NCBI GenBank assembly: GCA_041491005.1
Contig: JBGPUE010000010.1
Location: 178-64,177, forward strand
DNA: 64,000 bases
Source: Candidatus Binataceae bacterium
Lineage (GTDB): Bacteria; Desulfobacterota; Binatia; Binatales; Binataceae
Direction of reading: 5' to 3'
The notes beneath the pieces are model-generated. The model was not told the origin of the DNA, ran no database searches, and saw nothing but the letters and a program-made list of their open reading frames with translations. The translations under genes and the position numbers were made by a program. Shown in pieces: positions 44,989-55,830 of the stretch; positions within the stretch are counted from its first letter, which is position 1, and every line of letters starts with the position of its first letter.

Positions 44989-47758
44989 ACGAGACTACGG
45001 AACGCCCGCGGTCGCCACCACAGCAGCGCTCGTGGAGCTGCAAATTGACGGGATCCGCGTCGGCGTGCCACAGGGTACCTCGCTGATGCGCGCCGCCGCC
45101 GAGGCCGGCATCCATATTCCGAAGCTCTGCGCGACCGACTCGCTCGAGGCCTTCGGCTCGTGCCGGCTGTGCCTGGTTGAGATCGACGGCAAGCGCGGCT
45201 ACCCCGCCTCGTGCACTACACGCGTCGAATCGGGGATGCGGGTGCGCACCGAAACGCCGAGGCTCGCGGCGCTGCGGCGAAACGTGATGGAACTCTACGT
45301 CTCGGATCATCCGCTTGATTGCCTGACATGCCCGGCCAACGGCAATTGCGAACTGCAGAACATGGCGGGCGTCGTGGGGTTGCGCGAGGTCCGCTACGGC
45401 TACGACGGTGCGAACCATCTCGACTCCGCAAAGGACCGCTCGAATACCTACTTCACGTTCGATCCGGCCCGATGCATTGTGTGCTCGCGATGCGTGCGCG
45501 CATGCGAAGAGATACAGGGCACTTTCGCTCTGACTATTGACGGCCGGGGATTCCAGTCAGTCATTTCGCCGGGACAGAAGGGTCCGTTCGCCGAGTCTGA
45601 ATGCGTAACTTGCGGTGCATGCGTTTCTGCATGCCCGACCGCGGCGCTCACCGAAAAGTCGATCATTGAGCATGGACAGCCCGAGCGCGACGTAGTCACG
45701 ACCTGTGGCTACTGCGGGGTTGGATGCACGTTCAGAGTCGAGCTCAAAGGCGACACGATTGTAAGGCTGGCTCCGGAGCGCGATGGCCGCGCGAATCACG
45801 GGCACGCGTGCGTCAAGGGCCGTTTCGCGTGGGGCTTTGCCACTCATCCCGACCGCGTGAAGCGACCCCTGATTAGAGAGCGGATCGAGCAGCCGTGGCG
45901 CGAGGTGTCGTGGGAGGAAGCGATCGCTTTCGCGGCCGCGGGGTTCAAGCGCGTCCGGCAGCGCTATGGTCGTGGCGCGCTGGGCGGCATCACGTCGTCG
46001 CGATGCACGAACGAAGAAACCTACCTGGTGCAGAAGCTGGTGCGCGCGGCATTCGGCAATAACAACGTCGATACCTGCGCCCGCGTCTGCCACGCACCGT
46101 CGGGCTACGGGCTCAAGGTCGCCTTCGGCACTGGAGCCGCAACGCAGGACTTCGATTCCGTCCTGGATGCCGATGTCATCATGATAATCGGCGCCAATGT
46201 GACCGAAGCCCATCCGGTATTCGCCTCGCAGATCAAGCGGCGTGTCCGCGAGGGCGTGAAACTCATTGTGGTCGATCCGCGCGCTGTGGAAATCGCGCGG
46301 CTGCCGCACGTCGAGGCCAGCTATCACCTGCGGCTCCATCCCGGTACCAACGTTGCGCTGGTCAACGCATTCGCACATGTCATCATCGTTGAGGGGCTGG
46401 CTCGGGAGGATTTCGTCACTGAGCGATGCGAGCCCGGCGAGTATGCCGCGTGGAAGAAGTTCATTGCGGAAGAGCGCAACTCGCCCGAGGCCGTGGAGCA
46501 CATCACGGGCGTGCCGGCTCAGCAGATTCGCGCCGCCGCACGCCTGTACGCAAACGCACGTAACGGCGCGATCTACTACGGGCTGGGCGTTACGGAGCAC
46601 AGCCAGGGCAGCACGATGGTCCTGGCGATGGCTAACTTGGTGATGGTGACCGGGAACATCGGGAGGCCGGGTGTCGGACTGAATCCACTGCGTGGCCAGA
46701 ACAACGTCCAGGGTGCGTGCGACATGGGCTCATTTCCACACGAGCTGACCGGCAACCGGCCAATCTCGGATCCGATCGTGCGGGCCGAATTCGAGCAGGC
46801 CTGGTCGGCAAAGCTTGATCCGGCGCCCGGCTTCCGGATGCCGAACATGTGGGATGCCGCGCTCGCTGGCAGTTTCAAGGCGGTCTACATCGAAGGCGAG
46901 GATGTCGCCCAGTCGGAACCGAACCTCGATCACGTCGCTCAGGCCCTCCGCGCCATGGAGTTGGTTGTCGTCCAGGATCTCTTCCTCAATGAGACCTCGA
47001 AATTCGCGCACGTATTCCTGCCGGGTGCCTCCTTCCTCGAAAAGGACGGCACCTTCACGAACTCGGAACGCCGCATCTCGCGGATCAGGAAGGTCATGGC
47101 TCCACTCTCCGGCAAACCCGACTGGGAAATTACCTGCAATCTTGCTACCGCGCTCGGCTATCCGATGCACTACTCACACCCGTCGGAGATCATGGACGAG
47201 ATCGCCCGCCTCACGCCGACCTTTCGCGGCGTCAGCTTCGAGAAACTCGACCGGCTCGGCGGCATCCAGTGGCCATGCAACGATGCGGCGCCTGCGGGCA
47301 CGCCGGTCATGCACGTTGGTCAGTTCGTTCGTGGCAAAGGCCAATTCACGATCACCGAGTATGTGCCGACTCCGGAGAAGACCAGCGCGGCCTTTCCGCT
47401 CATCCTTACGACCGGACGAATACTCAACCAATACAACGTCGGGACGCAGACGCGGCGAACGCCGAACATGGAAATGCATACTGAGGATCGTCTCGAAATC
47501 CATCCGCATGATGCTGATCAGCGCGGGATTCGCGATGCCGACTGGGTCGAGGTCAGAAGCAGACAGGGTTCGACCCAGCTTCGCGCGCAACTATCCGGTC
47601 GCGTCCAGCCCGGTCTGGTCTATACGACGTTTCACCATCCGGAGTCGCATACAAATGCGCTCACCACCGACAACTCCGACTGGGCGACAAACTGTCCCGA
47701 GTTCAAGGTGACCGCCGTCGAAGTGGCGCCAGTCGTCGTCGCCCAGAGGAAGCAATGA
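44972..47758 (+). CDS. fdsA: NAD-dependent formate dehydrogenase alpha subunit (Mo-bisPGD; Cys-type)
   Basis: 2Fe-2S 'CRLCLVEIDGKRGYPASC'. 4Fe-4S 'CGYCGVGCTF'. Mo ligand region 'RVCHAPSG' has Cys, not Sec. C-terminal MopB domain. Confidence 0.9.
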   Translation: MLSKAERDYGTPAVATTAALVELQIDGIRVGVPQGTSLMRAAAEAGIHIPKLCATDSLEAFGSCRLCLVEIDGKRGYPASCTTRVESGMRVRTETPRLAALRRNVMELYVSDHPLDCLTCPANGNCELQNMAGVVGLREVRYGYDGANHLDSAKDRSNTYFTFDPARCIVCSRCVRACEEIQGTFALTIDGRGFQSVISPGQKGPFAESECVTCGACVSACPTAALTEKSIIEHGQPERDVVTTCGYCGVGCTFRVELKGDTIVRLAPERDGRANHGHACVKGRFAWGFATHPDRVKRPLIRERIEQPWREVSWEEAIAFAAAGFKRVRQRYGRGALGGITSSRCTNEETYLVQKLVRAAFGNNNVDTCARVCHAPSGYGLKVAFGTGAATQDFDSVLDADVIMIIGANVTEAHPVFASQIKRRVREGVKLIVVDPRAVEIARLPHVEASYHLRLHPGTNVALVNAFAHVIIVEGLAREDFVTERCEPGEYAAWKKFIAEERNSPEAVEHITGVPAQQIRAAARLYANARNGAIYYGLGVTEHSQGSTMVLAMANLVMVTGNIGRPGVGLNPLRGQNNVQGACDMGSFPHELTGNRPISDPIVRAEFEQAWSAKLDPAPGFRMPNMWDAALAGSFKAVYIEGEDVAQSEPNLDHVAQALRAMELVVVQDLFLNETSKFAHVFLPGASFLEKDGTFTNSERRISRIRKVMAPLSGKPDWEITCNLATALGYPMHYSHPSEIMDEIARLTPTFRGVSFEKLDRLGGIQWPCNDAAPAGTPVMHVGQFVRGKGQFTITEYVPTPEKTSAAFPLILTTGRILNQYNVGTQTRRTPNMEMHTEDRLEIHPHDADQRGIRDADWVEVRSRQGSTQLRAQLSGRVQPGLVYTTFHHPESHTNALTTDNSDWATNCPEFKVTAVEVAPVVVAQRKQ

Positions 47759-47858
47759 GTATTCGGACCATCGAGCGTGAACGCTGACCCGACGAGCTTG
47801 CGCCGCGACGGCGGGCGTCACCACGCAAGCCCAAGCCTTGTCGCATCGGAGGCCGGCC

Positions 47859-48332
47859 TCAGTCGCTCCGCTTGGTTTCCTTGTTCGCCCAGCCGGTTTC
47901 ATATGGTGCCGACATTCGACCGATCGCGCGCAGGTGCTTGAACTTCCACTCGCCGTTGACTTTCACGTAGTCCTCTTCGTATCGCGCGGCGAGCCACATC
48001 GCGCGGTTGCCTTTGCGAAAAGTGAATGGCCCCAGGAAGTACCAGGTGCCTTTTGCCTGGTTGCCGTCGACCTCGATGATCGGGTTCATCACGTTATGCT
48101 GCGAAAAGCTGATCCTCTTTTGAAACCCAAGGAACAGGGCGCGAATCGCCTCGTGCCCCTGATGGCGCCCGATTTCTTCGCCTTCCCAGATACCGTCGGC
48201 GGCAAACAGCTTGGTAATCTCGTCAGGATTGTGATCATTGTCGCATACGGCGCAGTACCGCGCCTTCAGCTTCCTGATAGCTTCGATGTCTTCGATAATC
48301 GTAGTGCGTTTCTCGAGTTCTTCTGTAGTCAT
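47859..48332 (-). CDS. NTF2-like / SnoaL-like protein
   Basis: 157 aa. Sequence 'IEDIEAIRKLKARYCAVCDNDHNPDEITKLFAADGIWEGE'. Confidence 0.55.
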   Translation of the reverse strand: MTTEELEKRTTIIEDIEAIRKLKARYCAVCDNDHNPDEITKLFAADGIWEGEEIGRHQGHEAIRALFLGFQKRISFSQHNVMNPIIEVDGNQAKGTWYFLGPFTFRKGNRAMWLAARYEEDYVKVNGEWKFKHLRAIGRMSAPYETGWANKETKRSD

Positions 48333-48342
48333 CGTTGTCTCC

Positions 48343-48670
48343 TTATGCCTGATTGAATATGCGTGCGTAAGTCTTCTGAGTGGCTGCCGCTTGTTCCTGA
48401 GCTTTGCGGCGTTCCTCCGGCGTTGCCATCTCGCCGATCATCTTCCGCTCCAGCGCGATGCCCTCTTTCAACGAAAGCTCCACGCCGCGGTTCATAAGCC
48501 GCTTCACAGTTTTCAGCGCATAAGCCGCCCGCTCGATATAAACGCGCGCCATCTCTTCGCATGTCCCGATCAGCTCGCCCGGGGGCACTACTCGATTCAC
48601 GAGGCCCACGCGAAATGCTTCCTGTGACGTCCACGGAAGACCGCTGCATTCCGGCCTGACCATGAGCGCC
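48343..48670 (-). pseudogene. Enoyl-CoA hydratase/isomerase 3' fragment (C-terminal about 100 aa only; N-terminal catalytic part absent)
   Basis: Sequence 'EAFRVGLVNRVVPPGELIGTCEEMARVYIERAAYALKTVKRLMNRGVELSLKEGIALE' is a crotonase C-terminal region. The upstream sequence in this frame does not resemble crotonase. Confidence 0.45.
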
Positions 48671-48713
48671 ACCGGATAGGTCGAAGAAAAAGGGTGCTTG
48701 CGCCATCTTGTTG

Positions 48714-49515
48714 CAGCCCAAGATGCTGACGCCGCGCGCGCTCTCGCTGGGGATGGACTTGGCCGTAAACCCGAACCACCATTTGACACTGCCTACCCCA
48801 AGCACATTTTCCCATCCATCATTCTCTCCTTGGAAGCGAAATTGCCGGGTTGGGCTGTACACCGCGATTGGGTTGCCATTGATTTCGACCTCAAAGCTCT
48901 TCCCGAGGATGGAGAAGCGTCGCGACATGGACTGACGGAAATCATCTTCGTCGATTGAGCGGGCGATCTGCAGGTCTCTCAACAGTACGACCGTTCCATT
49001 AGCATCCTTTGTCTTGGCATCTTCCAAGATCGTTGGCTCATAGTTCTCCACCAGATTGCCTGCCCGCCCTTCGTTATCTTCTCGAAGTCCATCTGGAAAT
49101 GCGTGGCCCACCGGGAACACACCGTCCGCACCTCCACGACCTGAGCGATGCCGAAACCAGCGCGCTTGCCCAAGCCTTTCCGGCCCATCACGACCCGGTT
49201 GCCCGGCGTCTTCTCCCCTTCAGCTTTTCGGCGGTCGCGGCCCACGACGAGATATGCCTGCTGCACCTCGTCCCAAGTCATACCGCGGCCGTTGTCGGCC
49301 ACGATGATCCGCTGGTCCTTCATGCCCACGCCGAAAGGAACGGTCACTGTGACCTTGGTGGCGTCAGCGTCCCAAGAGTTTGATATCAGCTCGGCAAGAG
49401 CCGGTACCGCGCCCCTATACATGGACAGACCAAGGTGCTTCACCAAGCCACCCGCGTACTGCATCTGCAGGCGACGCGGGCGTTTCAGAACAATGGCCGT
49501 CTTGCTTGAAGGCAT
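48714..49515 (-). pseudogene. Frameshifted GHKL-superfamily ATPase (MORC/Hsp90-like HATPase_c_3 type), no partner genes
   Basis: Frame 1 has N-box 'ELISNSWDADA', G1 'VADNGRGM' and G2 'GRKGLGKRAGFGIAQVVEVRT', then degenerates. The continuation '...ANGTVVLLRDLQIARSIDEDDF...' resumes in a different frame at about 49100. Confidence 0.45.
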
Positions 49516-49736
49516 CTGAAGATAGTAACGCGGTCGTGTCAGCACGTCGACGAATGTCGATGTTTGCAAACGGTTTTGGCGCCAGCAGGATTGGAATCTT
49601 GCCGACCGGCAAACGTACAACTGAAGGTCTGGTGAGATGGCCGATTTTGTGACCGGCGAGAGCATGGTCATCTTGTGCCAGTTGCGATAAGGAATAGGGC
49701 AGGATCAACCATTAGACTGCGCGTCGATGCGGCCCT

Positions 49737-51470
49737 ATGCGGCGCACGACAACGGAGGTCGCGATGTACGATCTGATCATTCGCAATGGCACCGTCATAG
49801 ATGGCACCGGCATGCCGCGCTTTCGGGCCGATGTCGGCATCGCCCAACGCAAGGTCGTGGCGATCGGGAGAATCCGCGAGAGTGCCCGGGAGACGATCGA
49901 TGCAGAAGGCCATATTGTGGCTCCGGGCTTCGTCGACGCACACACCCATATGGACGCGCAGGTCTTCTGGGATGCGCTCGGCACCTGCTCATGCTGGCAT
50001 GGCGTCACCTCGGTGGTGATGGGCAATTGCGGCTTCTCGCTGGCGCCATGCGCAGAGAAGGACAAGCTTTTGGTGATGCGAAATCTCGAACGGGCCGAGG
50101 ACATCGCTCGCGAAGCGATGGAGGCGGGCATCAAGTGGTCGTGGACCACCTTCCCGCAGTACCTCGATGCCGTCGACGGATTGCCCAAAGGCATCAACTA
50201 CGCGGCCTACATAGGCCATTCCGCCCTGCGCACCTATGTGATGGGCGAACGTGCGTTCAATGAGACCGCGACCACCGAAGACCTGGCGCTGATGAAGCAT
50301 GAGCTGCGCAGCGCGATTCGCGCCGGCGCGATCGGCTTCACCACTTCGCGGACCAGCAACCATCAGACGCCGGATGGGCATCCCGTCGCCAGCCGCATCG
50401 CCAACTGGGATGAAGTCAGGCAACTGGTGGGCGAGATGGGCGATCTGAACGCGGGCATCTTTGAAATCGCCGGCGAAGATACCGGTGCCGAGGGCGAACG
50501 TCTGGACAACTACCTCGCCCGCCTCAAGGCGCTGGCGGTCGACACCGGCGTTCCCGTGACTTATGGCATGTTCAGCTCGCGCCGCGCCCCGGGCTATTGG
50601 CGGCGTTACTTTGCGATGGCGGATGAAGCCGAGGCTGCTGGTGGACGGATGTTTGTCCAGGTGCACAGCCGGGCGCTCAACCTGCTGCTCTCCTTCGAAA
50701 CATACATGCCCTTCGACCGGCTGCCGGCCTGGCGCGAAATTCGCAAATTGCCGCTGGCCGAACAGGAAGCCGCGCTACGCAATCCCGAAGTGCGGCGCAA
50801 GCTGGTTGAGGCATCCCACGAACGGTCCCCATCGAGCCAGCATGAGGTTGGCGCGGAGGCGCGGCCAGCGAACTACAACTGGATTTTCCCGCTCGACAAG
50901 CCAACTCCGCCTTATCGTTCGATCGCTCAGATCGCCGATGAACTGAAGAAGGATCCGGTTGACGTAGTCATCGATCTGGCCCTGGACAAGCACCTGAAGC
51001 AGTTCTTCCTGCAGACTCTGGTCAACGAAAACCAGGACGACGTGCTCGAGATGATGCGCCATCCGCGCTCAGTGGTCACCTTCTCGGATTCTGGCGCACA
51101 CGTCTCGCAGATCATGGATTCGTCGCTGCAGACGCACGTGCTGAGCCATTGGGTGCGCGAACGACAAGCGCTGACGTTGGAAGACGCGGTCCGGATGCTG
51201 AGTTTCGTCCCGGCGTATCGCTGGGGTCTCACCGGACGCGGGATGCTGCGCGAAGGCAGCTTTGCCGACGTCATCGTGTTCGATCCTGAAACGATAACGC
51301 CGAAACTTCCCGAACTGGTTTACGACCTGCCGGCCGGTGCGCGGCGCCTCAAGCAGAAGTCAACGGGCCTGCTCGCCACAGTCGTGAACGGCGAGGTCGT
51401 GCTGCGCAATAACGAACATACCGGTGCGCTTCCTGGCCAGCTATTGCGCGGCCCCCTGGCCGGAAACTGA
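49737..51470 (+). CDS. N-acyl-D-amino-acid deacylase (D-aminoacylase) family amidohydrolase
   Basis: Sequence 'MYDLIIRNGTVIDGTGMPRFRADVGI...GHIVAPGFVDAHTHMD'. Confidence 0.8.
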   Translation: MRRTTTEVAMYDLIIRNGTVIDGTGMPRFRADVGIAQRKVVAIGRIRESARETIDAEGHIVAPGFVDAHTHMDAQVFWDALGTCSCWHGVTSVVMGNCGFSLAPCAEKDKLLVMRNLERAEDIAREAMEAGIKWSWTTFPQYLDAVDGLPKGINYAAYIGHSALRTYVMGERAFNETATTEDLALMKHELRSAIRAGAIGFTTSRTSNHQTPDGHPVASRIANWDEVRQLVGEMGDLNAGIFEIAGEDTGAEGERLDNYLARLKALAVDTGVPVTYGMFSSRRAPGYWRRYFAMADEAEAAGGRMFVQVHSRALNLLLSFETYMPFDRLPAWREIRKLPLAEQEAALRNPEVRRKLVEASHERSPSSQHEVGAEARPANYNWIFPLDKPTPPYRSIAQIADELKKDPVDVVIDLALDKHLKQFFLQTLVNENQDDVLEMMRHPRSVVTFSDSGAHVSQIMDSSLQTHVLSHWVRERQALTLEDAVRMLSFVPAYRWGLTGRGMLREGSFADVIVFDPETITPKLPELVYDLPAGARRLKQKSTGLLATVVNGEVVLRNNEHTGALPGQLLRGPLAGN

Positions 51471-51513
51471 TTTGGAGATCGCCAACCATCGATAGAACGG
51501 AGGCGAACCCGCG

Positions 51514-52668
51514 ATGGCATCGACAGCAATCAAGGTAATCTCCGCCGATTCGCACATGATGGAGCCAGCGGATCTGTGGACGCAGCGGCTTGATCAGAAG
51601 TTCAGAGACCGCTCGCCGCGTGTCATCAAGACCGAAGACAAGGGGCAGTTCGTTTTCGTCGCGCCCGATATTCCTCCCTTTCCGGTCGCCGGAGGATTTG
51701 CGGCTGGCCGTAGCGGCCAGGAGCTGAAGGAATTCATGAAGCGGGCGAACACCGACGAGGGCTACAAGGCGGCGCGCCCCAGCGGCTGGGATCCTGTCGA
51801 GCGCATCAAGGACCAAGACATCGATGGCGTCCAGGCCGAGGTGCTTTATACGACACTCGGCATGCCGCTCTTCGGCCTTCATGATGTCGAGCTGCAGCAA
51901 GCCTGCTTCCGGGTCTATAACGATTGGGTTGCCGAGTTCGCATCGCACGATCCTCGCCGTTTCCATGCGATCGCGCTGATCTCGCTGGAGGATGTCGGCG
52001 AAGGCGCAAAGGAGCTCGAGCGCGCCGCCAAGCTGGGGCTCAAGGGCGCGATGATTTGGGGATCGCCACCCAAAGAGAAACCTTACTGGCAGAAGTCTTA
52101 CGATCCGTTCTGGCAGGTAGCCCAGGACCTCGAGATGCCGCTATCGCTCCATGTCATCACCGGCAAGAAGCCGCCCAAGTCCAAGGAAGAGCAGGAAAAG
52201 ATCCGTTCGCGAGAGCCGTCGTTCATCCGCGGCTACATGAACATCCTGCACGAGGTGCAGCGCTCGCTTACCGACATCATCTGCGGGGGAGTGCTGATGC
52301 GCTTTCCGCGTCTGAGGATCGTTTCGGCGGAAAACGACAGCGGCTGGATTGCTCACTACATGTATCGGTTGGACCACGCCTTCGAGAAGTTCGGCGCGAT
52401 GATGCAAGAGCCGCTGGACATGAAGCCCAGTGACTACCTCCGCCGCAATGTCTGGGCGACCTTCCAGGACGACCCGATCGGGCCGATGTTGTTCAGGTTC
52501 TTCGGCGAAGACAATTTCATGTGGGCTTCGGACTTCCCGCATACCGATTCGACCTGGCCGAATTCGCTGCAGGTCATCGCGCGGGATTTCGAGCAAGTGC
52601 CACCGGCAGTTCGACAGAAGATCATTTGCGGGAACGCGGCCAAGCTCTATCGAGTCGATCTGAACTAG
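51514..52668 (+). CDS. Amidohydrolase_2 family protein (ACMSD-like metal-dependent hydrolase/decarboxylase)
   Basis: Motifs 'ISADSHMMEP', 'LSLHVITG' and 'WASDFPHTD'. Confidence 0.75.
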   Translation: MASTAIKVISADSHMMEPADLWTQRLDQKFRDRSPRVIKTEDKGQFVFVAPDIPPFPVAGGFAAGRSGQELKEFMKRANTDEGYKAARPSGWDPVERIKDQDIDGVQAEVLYTTLGMPLFGLHDVELQQACFRVYNDWVAEFASHDPRRFHAIALISLEDVGEGAKELERAAKLGLKGAMIWGSPPKEKPYWQKSYDPFWQVAQDLEMPLSLHVITGKKPPKSKEEQEKIRSREPSFIRGYMNILHEVQRSLTDIICGGVLMRFPRLRIVSAENDSGWIAHYMYRLDHAFEKFGAMMQEPLDMKPSDYLRRNVWATFQDDPIGPMLFRFFGEDNFMWASDFPHTDSTWPNSLQVIARDFEQVPPAVRQKIICGNAAKLYRVDLN

Positions 52669-52695
52669 AGATGCTGGCGAGCTCGCCGGAGAGGA

Positions 52696-53145
52696 TTGCC
52701 TATGGTAGTTCGAGAGCTGGGGCATATTGTCCTCTACGTGAGAGACATCGAGCGGTCCCGGCACTTCTATCGCGACCTGCTCGGCTGGAAGGAAGTAGTG
52801 GGCGGGCGAGCGGCGGCGGCTTTTTCCTCCGGCCGGACGCATCACGAGTTGCTGCTCATCCAGGTGGGAGCGGAGGCCGCGGCGATTCCTCACAAACCGC
52901 GCGTGGGCCTGTATCACTTCGGGCTCAAGGTCGGAGATAGCGACGACGAGTTGCGCCAGACCATTGAGCAGTTGCGCGCGGCGGACGTGCAGATAGACGG
53001 GATGTCAGATCACGGAGTCAGCCACAGCATCTACATTCGAGACCCGGACGGAAACGAAGTGGAGCTGTATATCGACGTTCAGCCCGAGGTTTGGCGCGAT
53101 CAGCCGGTCGCAAATTTGATGACCACCCGTCCGCTGCGCATCTGA
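52696..53145 (+). CDS. VOC (glyoxalase/bleomycin resistance/dioxygenase) family protein
   Basis: Sequence 'LGHIVLYVRDIERSRHFYRDLLGW'. Confidence 0.8.
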   Translation: MPMVVRELGHIVLYVRDIERSRHFYRDLLGWKEVVGGRAAAAFSSGRTHHELLLIQVGAEAAAIPHKPRVGLYHFGLKVGDSDDELRQTIEQLRAADVQIDGMSDHGVSHSIYIRDPDGNEVELYIDVQPEVWRDQPVANLMTTRPLRI

Positions 53146-53357
53146 ACTACTCAGTAGCTCGATAACCTGCCCCTAAGCCACGGGATGGAGGTGTTCGGCG
53201 TTCATCTCCGCGCATGCAAGCACCGTTATCCGCGCTCGCACTAGATGCTGTCGGCATTCCCGACGACGGTCTTCAGCGCGGGTAGCATCTCTGATGGCTT
53301 CTCGGCCATAATCCGAAGCCCGTGCTCGCGAGTTGATCTGACAGGAGCGAAAGTCGC

Positions 53358-54540
53358 CATGGCCGACCCTGAGACGTTCCGCGAAGAGACCTTGGCTTGG
53401 CTCGAGGCCAACTGCCCACCGGAGATGCGCCGCCCTGCGCAGGGCGAGAAAGACACCTGTTGGGGCGGACGGCGCTGGGTCTTCCAATCCGATGCCCAGC
53501 GGATCTGGCTCGAACTGATGGCTGAAAAAGGCTGGACCGTACCGGAGTGGCCGCGCGAATACGGCGGCGGTGGATTGTCGCGCGACGAAGCCAAGATCCT
53601 CCACCAGCAGATGCGCGCACTGGATTGTCGCTCGCCGCTGGACAGCTTTGGCATCTGGATGCTGGGGCCGGCGCTGCTGAAATACGGCTCCGAGGCGCAG
53701 AAGCGTGAATACCTGCCCAAAATCGCGCGCGGCGAAATCCGCTGGTGCCAGGGCTACTCCGAACCCGGTGCGGGCTCCGACCTCGCCTCGCTCCAAACCA
53801 AGGCGGAGCTCAAGGGCGATCACTTCGTGATCAACGGCCAGAAGATCTGGACCTCATACGCCGACCAGGCGGATTGGATCTTCTGCCTCGTTCGCACTGA
53901 CCCCAAGGCGCCGAAGCACGAAGGTATCAGTTTCGTCCTCTTCGACATGGAGAGTCCCGGCGTCTCTACGGCGCCGATCACTTTGATCTCCGGCAATTCG
54001 CCCTTTTGTCAGACTTTCTTCGAGGATGTGGTGGTGCCGCGGGAAAACCTCGTTGGCGAGATCAATAAGGGATGGGGGATCGCCAAGTATCTGCTCACCC
54101 ATGAGCGGGAGATGATCAGCGGCGTGGGTAATTCGACGGGCAGCCGTCCGCTGGGCCAGATCGCCGCCGACACGCTGGGAACCGAGAACGGCCTGCTGGC
54201 CGACACGGTGCTGCGCGGCCAGATGGCATTGTTCGAGGTCGATGCCCTCGCGTTTCGCCTGACGGGCGAGCGAATCGGGGATATGGCAAAAGTCGGCCAG
54301 GCGCACCCGGCGCTGTCTTCCCTGCTTAAATACTACGGCGCTGAGCTCAACAAACGCCGGTTCGAGTTGATAATGGCCGCTGGCGGCTCGGACGCGCTGG
54401 AATGGGAAGGGCAGCGGTCCCGCGACGGCGACTTGGCCCGCGCATGGTTGCGCACGAAGGCCAACTCGATCGAAGGCGGAACCAGCGAGGTTCAGCTCAA
54501 CATCATCGCCAAGCGCATACTCGGTCTGCCGGGAGCGTAG
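53358..54540 (+). CDS. Acyl-CoA dehydrogenase family protein
   Basis: Start chosen at 'MADPETFREETLAWLEANCP' (53358). 'WCQGYSEPGAGSDLASL' is an ACAD middle-domain signature. Confidence 0.8.
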
Positions 54541-54594
54541 CTCGCAAGATGCTCACGGGCCGCAATTGTAGCCAGATCGTTCGGAACTGCTGAC

Positions 54595-55734
54595 ATGCCG
54601 CTGGTCCTCACCGAAGAACAGGCCATGCTTCGCGACAGCGCGCGGGGCTTCTTGCGCAAGAATGCGCCGATCGCACATCTGCGCCAGCTCCGCGACAGCC
54701 GTGACCCGGCGGGTTTCTCGCGTCCGCTTTGGAAGGACTTCGCGCAACAAGGCTGGGCGGGCATCCTCGTCCCCGAGGCGTTAGGCGGTCTGGGCTTGGG
54801 CTATGTCGAAGCCGGTATCGTGATGGAGGAATTGGGACGGACGCTGACGCCCTCTCCTTTTCTGGCGACGGCGGTGCTCACCGCCACCGCTATCGCGCGC
54901 GCCGGTAGCAATGCCCAAAAGAATGAGTATCTCGCGCGCATCGCCGGGGGCGATTTGATCGCGAGCTTGGCGGTCGATGAGACCACCAAACACCGACCCG
55001 AGAAAACCGCGTTGACCGCGACTCGATCGGGAAACGGTTTCGTTCTCAATGGCGCCAAGACTTTCGTGCTGCATGGTCATGTGGCCGACATTCTGCTCGT
55101 GGTCGCCCGAACCGCCGGCACGCCGGGCGAAACTCGAGGTCTCACGCTCTTCGCGGTGGATGCGAAGACGAAGGGACTCCATCCTGAGCGCACATTGATG
55201 GTCGACAGCCACGACGCTGCGCGGGTGGCCTTCGACAAGGTGGAGGTCGGCCGCGATGCCGTTTTGTGCGAGGTCGACGCAGGCTGGGGCGTGCTCGAAG
55301 GCGTGCTGAACGCCGGACGGGCCGCAGTCGCTGCGGAACTCGTGGGAGCGAGCGAGGAAGCCTTCAGTCGGACCGTCAGCTACCTCAAGGAACGCAAGCA
55401 ATTCGGCCGGCCGATCGGCGAGTTCCAAGCCCTCCAGCATCGTGCCGCCAACATCTATATCGAACTGGAACTCACGCGCTCGGCTGTGCTGAAAGCCCTG
55501 CAGACGCTCGACGAGTCTTTCGACAGCGCTGGCACGATTTGCTCCGCAGCAAAGGCGAGGGCTGGCATCAGCGCTACGCTCGCTGTGCAGGAGGCCGTCC
55601 AGATGCACGGCGGAATCGGTATGACCGACGAATTCGACGTCGGATTGTTCATGAGACGCGCCCGCGTCGCCCAGGAGTTATTCGGCGACTCGAACTTTCA
55701 CGCGGACCGGCTGGCGCGGCTGAACCACTACTGA
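54595..55734 (+). CDS. Acyl-CoA dehydrogenase family protein (possible heteromeric partner of the preceding ACAD)
   Basis: Sequence 'MPLVLTEEQAMLRDSARGFL...' with the typical ACAD N/M/C domains. Confidence 0.8.
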   Translation: MPLVLTEEQAMLRDSARGFLRKNAPIAHLRQLRDSRDPAGFSRPLWKDFAQQGWAGILVPEALGGLGLGYVEAGIVMEELGRTLTPSPFLATAVLTATAIARAGSNAQKNEYLARIAGGDLIASLAVDETTKHRPEKTALTATRSGNGFVLNGAKTFVLHGHVADILLVVARTAGTPGETRGLTLFAVDAKTKGLHPERTLMVDSHDAARVAFDKVEVGRDAVLCEVDAGWGVLEGVLNAGRAAVAAELVGASEEAFSRTVSYLKERKQFGRPIGEFQALQHRAANIYIELELTRSAVLKALQTLDESFDSAGTICSAAKARAGISATLAVQEAVQMHGGIGMTDEFDVGLFMRRARVAQELFGDSNFHADRLARLNHY

Positions 55735-55830
55735 TCGCGAAGGCAGCTCAACCCTGCTCCAAGCGGCGAGCGCTTTGAGCGGCACTCAGAGCGCCTAGCC
55801 TCACGGATAACTAGTATCCATGCGCGCCAC

